Source: Felis catus (taxonomy: Eukaryota). From it: a DNA stretch of 64,000 bases. The translations under genes were made by a program, and so were the position numbers. Below the pieces are notes generated by a model that did no database searches, was not told where the DNA came from, and worked only from the letters and a program-made list of their open reading frames with translations. This document shows, piece after piece, positions 53,590-64,000 of the stretch (positions are counted from its first letter, which is position 1; every line of letters starts with the position of its first letter). The stretch covers positions 29,760,001-29,824,000 of the forward strand of contig NC_058379.1 in assembly GCF_018350175.1 (NCBI RefSeq). The letters are read 5' to 3'.

Positions 53590-53676
53590 CTGGCTGCTGG
53601 GAGCTGGTGAACACTTGGTGCAGCCTGGTGACACTCACTGCCCACTTGAGGCAGAGGGGGCAGGTGCCCCCAGATG
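53590..53676 (+). CDS. C22orf15: C22orf15 orthologue, coding exon 2
   Basis: tacAG|...G|GTGAG; AGCWELVNTWCSLVTLTAHLRQRGQVPPD; 87 nt, phase 1-1. Confidence 0.88.
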
Positions 53677-53770
53677 GTGAGGAGGCATGGAGGGGTGCTG
53701 GGGAGGAGGGGCTAAGGGTCCCCAGGCAGAGGTACCAGCCCCTGCCTTGCCTTCCTCCCTGCCCTCCCAG

Positions 53771-53896
53771 CGACCATTGCCCTCCTGGCTGAGGATGGGC
53801 ACCTGGTGAGCCTGGATGAGGGGGCTTCCCAGGCCCCTTCCATGGGCAGCCCCCTGCTGCAGGAGCGTGGGACCTATGTCCTTGTGCAGATCATCA
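53771..53896 (+). CDS. C22orf15: C22orf15 orthologue, coding exon 3
   Basis: cccAG|...A|GTAAG; ATIALLAEDGHLVSLDEGASQAPSMGSPLLQERGTYVLVQII; 126 nt. Confidence 0.88.
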
Positions 53897-54126
53897 GTAA
53901 GTGGGGCCCAAGATTTCCTCTTGGAGTTATGTTGGGATGTGAGAGGGGGACAGCAGTCCGAGACCACCCAAGGCCCGGGCCAGCCCCCCACTTTGGCCAG
54001 GACCTAGACTTGACCCTTCCCATCCAATGCCTTGTTGACCCCAGCCAGGGCCAGCAAATAGGTCGAGTGAGAGGTGAAGGTGGGAACCACCAGGCCAGTC
54101 AGGAATCGGTCTTACTCCCTCCACAG

Positions 54127-54201
54127 AGGGGGAGGATGGGGCCCCCACCCGCTACGAGTCCCTTTTGGAGAACCTGGATGACCAGTGTCCAGAGCTCGCA
54201 G
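54127..54201 (+). CDS. C22orf15: C22orf15 orthologue, coding exon 4
   Basis: cacAG|...G|GTGAG; KGEDGAPTRYESLLENLDDQCPELA; 75 nt. Confidence 0.88.
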
Positions 54202-54281
54202 GTGAGTCTCACGCTACAGCCCCAGGGGGAGGGTGCGCCTTCTCCCCAGCTCCCATAGGTAGGGCTTCTTGGGCCTTCCAG

Positions 54282-54421
54282 AGGAGCTTCGCTGCCTGTC
54301 AGGCCTACAACCCACAAGTGATGGCCGGAGGAGGCGCACGAGCACTCGGCGTGACCACCAGGAGCAAGGCCCCCTTTCAAAGCCACGAAGGAAGGGCTCC
54401 CTGCCATCCAGGACCCGTTAG
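54282..54421 (+). CDS. C22orf15: C22orf15 orthologue, coding exon 5 with stop; total CDS 453 nt, 150 aa
   Basis: ttccAG|AG GAG CTT...; EELRCLSGLQPTSDGRRRRTSTRRDHQEQGPLSKPRRKGSLPSRTR*; TAG at 54419-21. A donor follows at 54439. Confidence 0.78.
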
Positions 54422-55490
54422 CTGGGGCCAGGAGCCAGGTAAGGAGGAGACATAGACACCTGGAGGAATGCTCACACCCAGAAGTCCCAGGGAACAGACT
54501 TATGTGTGCTGAGAGGTAGACCCCAAACCCCCCTCCCCCAGAAAACCCCACACGCAGAAGTACATACAAGCTAGAACACAGTGCACCAAGAGACATTCCC
54601 ACCACTCCACTGGGATATAAATGCCCAAGGGCAGGAACATCCTCAGTGCCCCCAGAGATATCGAATAGGGCCTGGCACACAATAGGTGCTCAACACAGAG
54701 CTGGTGAACTCAAGGAAGGCAGTAGCACAGAGCACATGATAGTGAGGTCTGCCCTGGGATCAAAGGGGCTGCTTCTCTGTTTCAGCAGGCCCTGTGACCT
54801 GGCACATCACAGCCAAGTGGCTGAGCTGGACTCAGATCCAAGGGGGTTGGACTCAGATCCATGACCTCTGCCATGTGTGATCAGGCCCAAACAGATAGCA
54901 GCCCAGTGGCATTCTTCTTGCAGAATCTGGAATTACTGAGAAGCTGCCATCAGCAAGAGGGGCAAGGTCACAGACCGGACGTGAGGCCACCAAGGGGGGG
55001 CCCCTAAGACGTGGGTGCAGAGAAGGGGATCCAAAGGTGTGGGGGCAAGCAACCCTGACAGGGGGAGACAACAGGTTTATCCAGGGATTCCAGCACCTAG
55101 AGTCAGGTGCCCTTGGGGTCCCTGCTAACGACTCATCCCTATTTGGATTGTCAAGGTCATCAAATTACAACAGGGCTCCTCCCCCTCCCGCACCCAGGAT
55201 GCTGGCATAAAGTGAAACATTCCACCCCTCTGTTGGACATCCATCCATGCCCCCTGACCCCACCCCAGCAGATAAACTAAATGAGAGGGCACACAGCAGG
55301 CTATGGTCTAAAATAAACTCTTTTAATTGCACATTTGCGTCTCCGGTCATCTGCGGGGTGAGAAACCCCCTCCTCACTTCCAACCCCAGCTACATGGGTA
55401 CAATCTGACATAGTGGTCTGGCTGTTGGTGAAGGGGTGAAGGTGGGTGCAGGGTTGGCTCATGGATCTGCACCGGTCTACACCAGTCTCT

Positions 55491-55510
55491 TCAGGGCAGC
55501 GAGCTCAGAC
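55491..55510 (-). CDS. CHCHD10: CHCHD10 exon 4 (GLSSLP*); total CDS 429 nt, 142 aa
   Basis: Acceptor at 55511-12, TGA at 55491-93; ATTAAA on the minus strand at 55322-27. Confidence 0.93.
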
Positions 55511-55606
55511 CTGTGGAGGGAGGGGTGGCACAGGCTCAGGGTCAGCCTGCAGGTTCAGGAAGAGGGACTGCCCCTCCCACTCCTGCCCCAGTCAGGAGCT
55601 GCTCAC

Positions 55607-55754
55607 CGTGGTTGTACTTGCACTGCTTCAGGGCCTCACTGAAGCCCTCACACAGGGACAGGTCACTCTGAGTGGTGGAGCAGTCCAGGAACTGCTTGAT
55701 CTCGTAGGCGCAGGGCCCCATCTGCAGGGGCTGGGGGCCAGTGCGGATGGGGGC
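55607..55754 (-). CDS. CHCHD10: CHCHD10 exon 3 (twin CX9C CHCH domain)
   Basis: 148 nt; [49 protein letters not shown]. Confidence 0.96.
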
Positions 55755-56620
55755 CTAGGGTATGGCACAGGAGGCAGCAATGTCAGCTCCAGGTTGCCAC
55801 CCAGAAGTGGGTTCCAAAGCTGGGGGCTGCCTGCCCCTCCCCACACCCCCAGCCCAAGTGCCCCTGGGATCCCTGGCAGCCTACCCTGTCTACACTCAGC
55901 TGTTCCCTCTGTGAAACAGAAGGAGCCCACAGCCCTGTCAAACCCACTCAGCCGATGCTAGTGCTGGTATAGACGGCATTTCCCAATTGCCTCATAATGG
56001 GCTCACTGGGCATGTAGGGCCTGAGAGGTGGGAGAAGGCTCTGGAAAAGCATGGCGTTGTGCTTGTACTCTTGGAGTATAAGCCCCACCTGCACAAGTAC
56101 CAGTAGCTTCCAGCCTCAGCCATACTGATCTTCATGACCCCTGACCCTGCCACTAAGCCGCATGTGGCTCAGGACTGGTGGGGCACCCAGTAGGGGATAA
56201 GCCAATAGGAAACAGGCCCAGAGTCGCTGGCTACCCCTTGCCCTTGGGATGCAAGGTCTACAGGGCAGAACCTGGGAACAGGGAGAGCAGGGACTCAGAA
56301 CTTCAACATCCCCCCCCTCCACTAGGTCGGGTTACCTTGGGCCAGTCTCTGAACCACTAAGGACTTTGGCTTTTCCATTTTTAAAGTGCTGGTGTATCCC
56401 TGGGAGTCTAGGGACCTTGGCCTCAGGGAAGGGACTAGGAGAGCCTGCCTGTGAGTGACAGGAGGCCAACGGCAGAGGAATAAGACCCTTCTTGGGAAAA
56501 GTCCTGGGCCTGAGGCAGCTCTGAACACGCCACAGCACTCCTTCATGGACATTCCAGCAGCTCCTTACTATGTGGCCTTGAGAGAAGCGGGCCTCAGTTT
56601 CTCCTGAGCCCGCAGCTCAC

Positions 56621-56840
56621 CTGCTGAGTGGCAGGCTGGGCAGGCTCTGAGCTCCCTCCGCTGAAGGCTCCGGTCAGGGCGCTACCCACGACGTGTCCCA
56701 CAGCCGAGCCCACAGCCACGCCAGCGGCAGTGGACGCCATCTGCGCCATCAGGCCGGGCTGGCCTGACGGGGTGGGGGCCGGTGCAGCAGCAGACGGCGG
56801 CGGGTGCGCTGGCGGGTGAACTGAGGGCGCGGCGGTGCGG
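56621..56840 (-). CDS. CHCHD10: CHCHD10 exon 2
   Basis: 220 nt, bounded by AG and GT. Encodes the hydrophobic helix [34 protein letters not shown]. Confidence 0.96.
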
Positions 56841-56939
56841 CTGCGTGTGGGGGGAGACGTAGAGTCAATCCCAGCCGGACCCCGGAACTGGGACCCCAAG
56901 GGCCTTCGACTCCCGGGCACGAACCCTCCCCTCCTCCCC

Positions 56940-57300
56940 CCAGAGGGTGGGCGACCACAGTCTTAGACACGTGGTTGCAGCACCCCGCCCCTCCCCCCAC
57001 CAAGATGGCGTAGCAGTCGCCAAGGTCACACTATTACGCCCTGGTGGGGGGGTGCCCCCGCTTTCCTAGCCCTCTCTCCACCCGGCCCCTGTCCTGCTCA
57101 CACCTGGCTGGCCGGGCGGCCGCGCTGCGGCTTCCCCGGGGCATGGTGATGACGGTGGGACTCGGCCAAGCGCAGTCGGAGACGACAGTGGCAGCGGTTC
57201 TGTCTCGGGACGAATGTGGCGCCGCTAAACTCAGCTGGCGCCAGGGGGCGGGGCCTAGGGGACACGCCTCCAAAGGGAGTAGCCAGGCCTGGGGCCGCTC
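56940..57300 (-). promoter_or_regulatory. CHCHD10: CHCHD10 CpG island promoter and intron 1 with E-box, YY1 and ERR-type motifs
   Basis: CACGTG 56968-73, AAGATGGCG 57002-10, CCAAGGTCA 57020-28, GC box ~57244-53. Confidence 0.55.
57104..57144 (-). CDS. CHCHD10: CHCHD10 exon 1
   Basis: ATG at 57144; MPRGSRSAAARPA + AG|GT; 41 nt. Confidence 0.95.
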
Positions 57301-57959
57301 TCACCTTCCCGCGGGTCTCCGAGACCTGTCCCTTCAAGTATCACCTCGTTTCAGCGTCCTTCTTAGCTGGAAATGTTACCCTCCTTCCTCCTTGCGCCTG
57401 GCCCGAGCTGTGTGGGCCCTGGGGACACGGACCAACGCTGCAAAGTGACGAGGGCTTACGCCGGGGCGACAGGCAAAGTCCCGTCAGAAACTATCGCGGA
57501 GCGCTGGGAGTGGAGTTGGTTCGTGTCCGAGCGCCAGGGGAGAACTTGACAGGGGGGCGACCGGTTGAAACCAGCAAGGTGGGGGGCACGGGGCGCCAGG
57601 CCAGGCTCTGGTCCCCCTCCTACGGACTGGGTTTACTGACTACGACTTGATGTCAGGGTCGCGGGGAAGAAATTCCCGAAGGAAAGCCCAGCGCGACCCA
57701 TCCCCAGAACCTCCGCCAGGGGGCGTCCGGAACCCTTCTTCGACTCCATCCTGCCCTAAACGAGCCACAACCCTGGCCAGTCTTGGGCAGCACCATCTTG
57801 GGGTGGGATGAAACCCCCCCATGCGGCCAAGCACCCTGCCTGACACCCTACCCTGCGTCACGGATGCAGCGCCGGACACTGACAGTGTTTAGCGACATAC
57901 TAGCAGCATGCCCATTCCAAAGGGCCCTCTGGGTGCCCAGAGGCGTTGGCCGCGGGTTT

Positions 57960-58176
57960 TTATTTTTATTTTTCAACATTTATTTATTTTTGGGACAGAG
58001 AGAGACAGAGCATGAACGGGGGAGGGGCAGAGAGAGAGGGAGACACAGAATCGGAAACAGGCTCCAGGCTCTGAGCCATCAGCCCAGAGCCCGACGCGGG
58101 GCTCGAACTCACGGACCGCGAGATCGTGACCTGGCTGAAGTCGGACGCTTAACCGACTGCGCCACCCAGGCGCCCC
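57960..58176 (-). mobile_element. Young feline SINEC between the CHCHD10 and MMP11 promoters
   Basis: TSD TGGCCGCGGGTTT at 57947-59 and 58177-89; CpGs intact. Confidence 0.92.
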
Positions 58177-59221
58177 TGGCCGCGGGTTTGAATACTGTGG
58201 CCTCGCGATTCTACCACCTTGGTTCCAGGCCAAGGGAAGGGCCGAGGCGCGGATTTAGGATGCTTCCCAGCCCTTCAGGAGCTTGAGGTTTATAGGTTTT
58301 TTTTCTGAGTGATTTTGCAGTAATCACATATGACCCTTGGGCAGGAAGGAACTCTAATTTCTTTACCCTCCCCTATCACTGTCCCGTGTGCCAGTGGGGG
58401 GCCCTGTAGCACCGGGATTGTAGGGAAGATGAAATCACCCCAAGTAAAAGTGAGTCACTTTAAAGAAACAGATTGCTCACACTCCAGGTAGTAAAGATAG
58501 CTGATGCCTTGTTTCTCCTCTCCTGGCCCTCTAGGAGTCTCTGTGGAGCCTTCCTGGAGAGGCCGAGAGGGCTCCCTGGACCCGAACCTGGAGGGAGGGG
58601 TTGAGCCAGCCTGATCGCCCTCTTCTCCCTGTTGGCCTCCTTCCCTTCTTACCCCCTGGCTGGGTGCCCACAGCCTCACCTTGCAGCCTCTCAGGACCCT
58701 GCCTGATAGGATGGGAGCCACTGCTTGGGTTTTGGCTCTGCAGGGTTGCCCATGATGGAGCAGATTGCCTTCGTGAAGTGGTGAGGCACCTGGTCACGAG
58801 TGGAGGATCCCTTCCAGCATATGGACATCACCCTCTCCTTTGATTTTCACCTCCTCTCTCTCAGGTCTCAGAAACCTGGCCCCTAGGGCCCTTGTGGAGT
58901 GTGTTAGTCTCTTGAGCCACAAGTGTCCCCACTCAGAGATTGGCTCCCTGCCTGCCTCAGTCTACCAATAGCATCCTCCTTCCTGACCCCTCCACTTGCC
59001 TGCTGGTATGGGAAAGCCTGATCTTGGGCCCTCAGTTTTCCCATTTATAAATTGTCTACATGTTCTAAGCTGGGGACTGGCTAGCCACCTCCTTATGCTT
59101 CAATTTCCCCTGAGACACATCCCTTGTTTCACAGGGGCTGCTATGCCATCTTCCAGATCTATCAGCTAAGGCTCTAAGGAGAACTTGCCCTGGGAACAAC
59201 CACCTGTCATAGGCTAGCAGT

Positions 59222-59580
59222 AGGTCAGAGGTTAGGCCACGAGGGAGATCAGCTAGGAAAGCCCCTTCCAAAGGTGGGGTAGGGACCAGGAGGAGTCAAA
59301 TTCGGCTCCTGTCAGACTCCCCACAGCACAGCAGGGAAAGTGAGGCCTGGAGTAGCACCAGCTGGCCTGGGCGCCCAACACCAGGCCTCTTAGACCTCAG
59401 GCTCTCCGGATCCTAGGAAGGACTGGGTCTCCGAGCCTCCAGCCCTAGCGGGACCAGCCCTTCTCCTCCACCTCCCCCACCTTGGCCGCGGCCTCCGCGG
59501 GGAGAGTTTAGAACAAAAGGCGTGTGGGGCGGGGCCGGGGCGGGGCGAAGGCTATAAGGGGCGGTGGCCCGGCGCGGCCC
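59222..59580 (+). promoter_or_regulatory. MMP11: MMP11 promoter: DR1 nuclear-receptor element, GC boxes, TATA box
   Basis: AGGTCA-G-AGGTTA at 59222-34; GGGGCGGGG boxes at 59526-46; TATAA at 59553-57. Confidence 0.75.
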
Positions 59581-59605
59581 AGCAGGCTCAGCAGCCCCGG
59601 GGCGG

Positions 59606-59716
59606 ATGGCTCCGGCCGCCCGGCTCCGCGGCGCGGCCCCGCGCGCTCTCCTGCTCCCGCTGCTGCTGTTGTTGCTCCCGCCGCCGCAGCTGCTGGCCCG
59701 GGCCCCGCGGCCCCTG
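59606..59716 (+). CDS. MMP11: Stromelysin-3 exon 1 (signal peptide); the rest of the gene lies beyond the window
   Basis: MAPAARLRGAAPRALLLPLLLLLLPPPQLLARAPRPL followed by GTGAGT. TATA box upstream. Position next to CHCHD10 as in human. Confidence 0.92.
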
Positions 59717-60292
59717 GTGAGTGCCTGGAGCTGGTCGGCCGCTCCTCGCCGAGGGGGTGCCGGGCACGCGGGCTGGGCCCAGTGACCGAGCTGGACCCGG
59801 ACCCACGGGGGCGCCCGGGTGGCCTGGAGCGGCACGTTACCCGAAACGCTTTCTGGGTCCCTATGGACGTGAAAGATAGTGAACTTCCCGTCCCTGGAGG
59901 TGTGCAAGTGGAGCCTGCGCCGGGATTGCTCAGGCTGGTGAGGCGGGACTCTGCGCTAGACGCACGCCCCCTCCCAGCGTGGGGACCTGCTCCTCGGCTC
60001 CCCAGCTGCAGAAGCTGGGTTGTTTCCTGGACCAGGTAGCAGAGGGAGTGGTTACAGGGCCTCCTATTCTTCGCGCGGACAAAGCCTCAGGCTGGTGTCA
60101 GCCTCCTGGTGTGTGGCCTCGTGAGCACACCTCCAGGGGTGCAGTGAGCTGGAGGATTAAAGAAGAGCTGGGAGGACAGCACTGCCCTGGGGCAAATGGG
60201 GTCTGAGCTCAGAAGAGGTGGCTCCAACTGGGCACCTACAAGTGGCAAGTTTGGGAGGTGTGAAGCCAGGACAGCACGAGTGTGAGAGCTGT

Positions 60293-60294
<2 letters not shown>

Positions 60295-60331
<37 letters not shown>

Positions 60332-60340
60332 ACACACACG
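60295..60340. repeat. (TG)n/(CA)n microsatellite in MMP11 intron 1
   Basis: Seen directly. Confidence 0.9.
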
Positions 60341-63300
60341 CGTGTGTTTATGACAGAGAAAGAAAGAACCGAAAGTGGGCGGCTGAGACCCTCAGAAAGG
60401 AAGGGGCTGGGAAGAGAAAGGGAAGAGAGAAGACGGTCCATGTGAGAAGGCAGCAGAGTGAGTAGAGGAAGGACAATCGTGGGGTGTTGTGTGACAGCCT
60501 GTGTGTGCCCAGTACCCTCCCCTCCAGCTGGGGCCTTGAGGGACCAATCACAAGGGTGGCCAGGCAGAACCTGGGCAGCTGCAAGCCCACAAGCCCCCTG
60601 GATCTCAGCTGAAGCATACAGACCACCCAGGTAGGGAAAGGAGCATTAGGAGGTGTGCCAGGCAGGAGTTGTGAGACCATCTGGAGGAGGGAGATCTGAC
60701 CAGCCTGGGCCCCTCTCTCCAGTCACACCAGCTCTACCCTGGCCAGCTTGCCCCATCCTGGCTATGGGAGCAAAAGAGGACAGGATGGGTAGGTTAGGGA
60801 AAGGAGGTACCTCAGTCCCAAGGCTCTGCCTCTTCCCCAACTCTTCTCACTCCCTTTGAACTTGGGAGAGTCAGAAATTACCCTGGGTAGCCAGTTGACC
60901 TCACTGGTTCAGGAATTAGAGAGATCTGGGCTTAAACCTGGTGCCCTAGGTGAGCCCTCTTGTGTCTTAGGATCCCACCCCTCAGTCTTGGCGGGTGGGT
61001 GGGGGATAACAGGGCACTGAGGATTAAATGAGGTAATGGGAGGAGAGGGCACAACCAGTCACTCTGGAGACACAATGTCACCTCTGACTGCCACTTTGAC
61101 GCTTGGGCAGCGTCAGTTGGGGCTGGGTTTGAGCTGGGCTGTTGTCTGTCACTCTGCAGATATGCAGGGAGCATTTGGGGTCGCCTTCAACGTGTTTATC
61201 CCCAGGCTGCCATCACAGGGGCCAGGAAAGCTCTGTAAATATTTATCCATCCCAGTTCACAGCTTTCAGGGTTGATGAAAGCCCTGCAGTCCTGTAGGAC
61301 AGAGGCTGCATTTGTTCCTGGAGCCAGCAGGGACCGGGGTGGGGAGAAGATTAGGTTCAATGTGGGGCAGTTGGTGGACCTGCCTATTGCCTGGCTGCAC
61401 AACTTGGGCAGGTTGCTTGACTTCTCTGAGCCTCAGAGGGGCATGGTGCTGCATAGAATGGTGTAGTGATGCTCCCCGTTCTTTCTCACAGCCTAACAAA
61501 GTGCCCTCCCATCAGGGTCGCCTCCTACCAACAGAGGAAGGCAGAGCCGTCTTTATTAATTATCCCCGTTGGACCAATAGCAAACTGAGGCTCAGAGAGG
61601 GGCAAAACTAACCTGGCCTTACCCAGCAGTTTCCTGGCTTGGGGTCCTTTATCTCCCCTCTATGGGGTGCCTCCCGTTTTCTGGATTGGAAGTTGACCCA
61701 GGCACTGACCCCAAGCCTCTAGCTCAGCCAGGAGACTGAGTCAGCTGAGAAGTTCCTTGTACGTTTGAGGCTGTGATTTGGTGCCCCGCAAGAGGAAGGC
61801 AGGGTGAGTGAGCTCAGTGCCCACCACAGGGCAGGCCAAGGAAGGCTCCTGGCCTAGGAGGAGGAGGAGGAGGGAAGGCATTGAAAAAAGAAACACTTCT
61901 CAGGAACGTGGGTTTTGGAGACAGGCCAAGAGCTGAGGAGGTAGGGGAGGGGGGCCTTGTGGGTGGAAGAAGCATGGGCCCCAGGTCTAGGTCCAGCTCT
62001 CTTCTGACTTACTGTGTGACCCTGGGCAAAGTCCTTGACCTCTCTGGGCTCTCTTTCTTCCTCTGAGAAATGTGGTGGTGTCTGCTACCCAACCCTCCCA
62101 TAGATGAGACCAGGCATGGTCTGTGCCCACCACCCCACCTCACAGAATCCCAGCAGCCTTGGGAGAACCAAGCACACCGGTCTTAGGGATCTGAAAGGGG
62201 CTCTGGGCCAGGACTTTCAGTTAGGGTGTCTGACCCCAGGCCAGAAAAGGCTCATAAAGATGAAGTGTAGGATGTCAGCAGGGCAGGGAGCATGTGTCCC
62301 ACCCCAGTAATGGGGAAACTGAGGCCAAGAGCCGTTAAATGATGGCTCCAGAAAACAAATACTGGAAAGTACCACTGGCTGGAGACCTTGATTCTAGGGC
62401 CTCCTGCTCACTCACTCTCCAACACCAGTGAATGTGACATGGACAGTGAGCATGAGCCTCTGGCTTTCTGAGAGACCCTGCACAAGTCAGTCTTCTCTGG
62501 GCCTGCAAGCTACCTTTGCTAGCTGCAATTCCTGTTTATGATGTAGTCTGGGAACTTTGGGGGAGCAGGACACCAGGTGGGTGGTGGGAGCTGTAGCATG
62601 TGTGGTGAGAGCAGATTTCCAGGTGTGGGAGGGGAGGGCCCACAGGGGCAAGGGGGTGGGCCAGGCAAGGGGCTCTTCTCTGTGCCAGATGCTGCAGTGG
62701 GCACCAGAGAGGGAGGTTATTCAGCCCTCTGCTGTAGTACCTTCCCCCTTTGACAGAGAAGTCAAAGCTAAAAGAGGGCAGGGACTTGGCCAGGGTCACT
62801 CTACCCAGGGTGAGCATGGCCTAGAACTGGCCCTTCTGAATCTCAGACTGTGACTCTTGCTGTTGGACTGAGAGTGCCATGATCCAGCGGTCTGGGCAAG
62901 GACCTGTCATGCCTCATGGGGGCAGGAGAGGAAGGTATGGTGTGTGTGTCCATTACCTACCCTCCCTCCATGGCTGGCTGGTCCAGGCCTCACTGCAGGG
63001 CAGAGGAGATAAGGGATTTCTTCTTACAGGCGTAAATAGAGCTGGTCAGCTGGGCTCTGGGCTACTTGGGGCTCCCAGGGGACAACCCAGTCTTACCCTT
63101 TCCAGGATTGGGGGAAGGAATCTGTTTATCTAGGAAGTCAAGGGGGCAGTGTAGGGAGGAGAAAGGGCAGGCTCTCATGGCTAGGCACACAGACCTGGGG
63201 TCCATATCCTCAATGGGAGACCTCACATATATATCATCCCCACCTTATTGGGGGTGTGTCAGTTCAAAGAGCTGACAGAGTGCCCAGGAAAGTAGCAGGT

Positions 63301-64000
63301 GCTTAATAATTTCCAATTCCTTCTCTTCTGTCATCAAAGTGAGGGCAGCCTGGATCCCTCCTCCAGGGGAAGGGTGGCTCCAGCCTGAAGAGCACAGCAG
63401 AGGTAGCAGGTAGGGAGTGGGTTGTGAGCACAGACAGCCTACCACCAGCCAGCTGTTACCTGGGCTAGTTGCTTAACTTCTCTGGGTTCTGTTTTCTCAT
63501 CTGATAAATGGGGGATAATGACAGTAAAGTTAGTGAGAGGTCCCATCAGGGGCTAAGAGCATGTCTGTGGAACTGTTGGTAGGGTCCTGGATACAGGTGA
63601 ACTGCAAGAGTGAAAAGTACTTAACTAGCAGTAAGTCTAATATCAACAGGAACCCACAACCCAGTGAGGCTGGGCTCTTCCAGGTAACTAACCATTCAAT
63701 AAACAAGTTCTGAAATCAGAAAGCTGGTCCAGGGTTTTTTCTCATATCTCAGGTAGCTGTGCCCCTGGGTGTTCAGAAGACCCCTTTCTAGTGGGGTGTT
63801 TTTAGGGTTGAGTCTGGGTGACTCTGAGAGGTTGAGTTATTAGTGGCCCTGGAATTGAGAGACTAGGGGCACTGGGACAAGGATCAGAGCCCTGGGACAC
63901 CTACCGCCTGGGAGAGCTGCCAGAGGCTAAGGGCGAGGGTGGGGCCTGGGTGACCTGGCTCCCACCCCAAATATGGCTCCCAAATATGGGAGGCCCCAAC

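Overview
Mammalian genomic DNA, almost certainly from a felid (many carnivore tRNA-derived SINEC elements of the young feline type), syntenic with human 22q11.23. Gene order: IGLL1/lambda5-like exons 2-3 (+, no exon 1 visible), ZNF70 (-), VPREB3 (-), C22orf15 orthologue (+), CHCHD10 (-) and MMP11 exon 1 (+). Between them lie an L1 mosaic (3-10 kb), a decayed ~9.2-kb class I ERV provirus nested inside an older LTR (22.6-32.6 kb), about 30 SINEs and four assembly gaps. I found no wholly new biological system. The best leads are: an Ig-lambda 3'-enhancer-like cassette downstream of the lambda5 C exon; a fossil 12-RSS inside lambda5 exon 2; the missing lambda5 exon 1; a shifted VPREB3 splice acceptor; two retrotransposon 3' transductions; a 29-bp inverted repeat; an orphan CpG island; and tandem CArG boxes in MMP11 intron 1. 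Comparisons with human and mouse sequences and repeat consensuses are from memory and need confirming by alignment.
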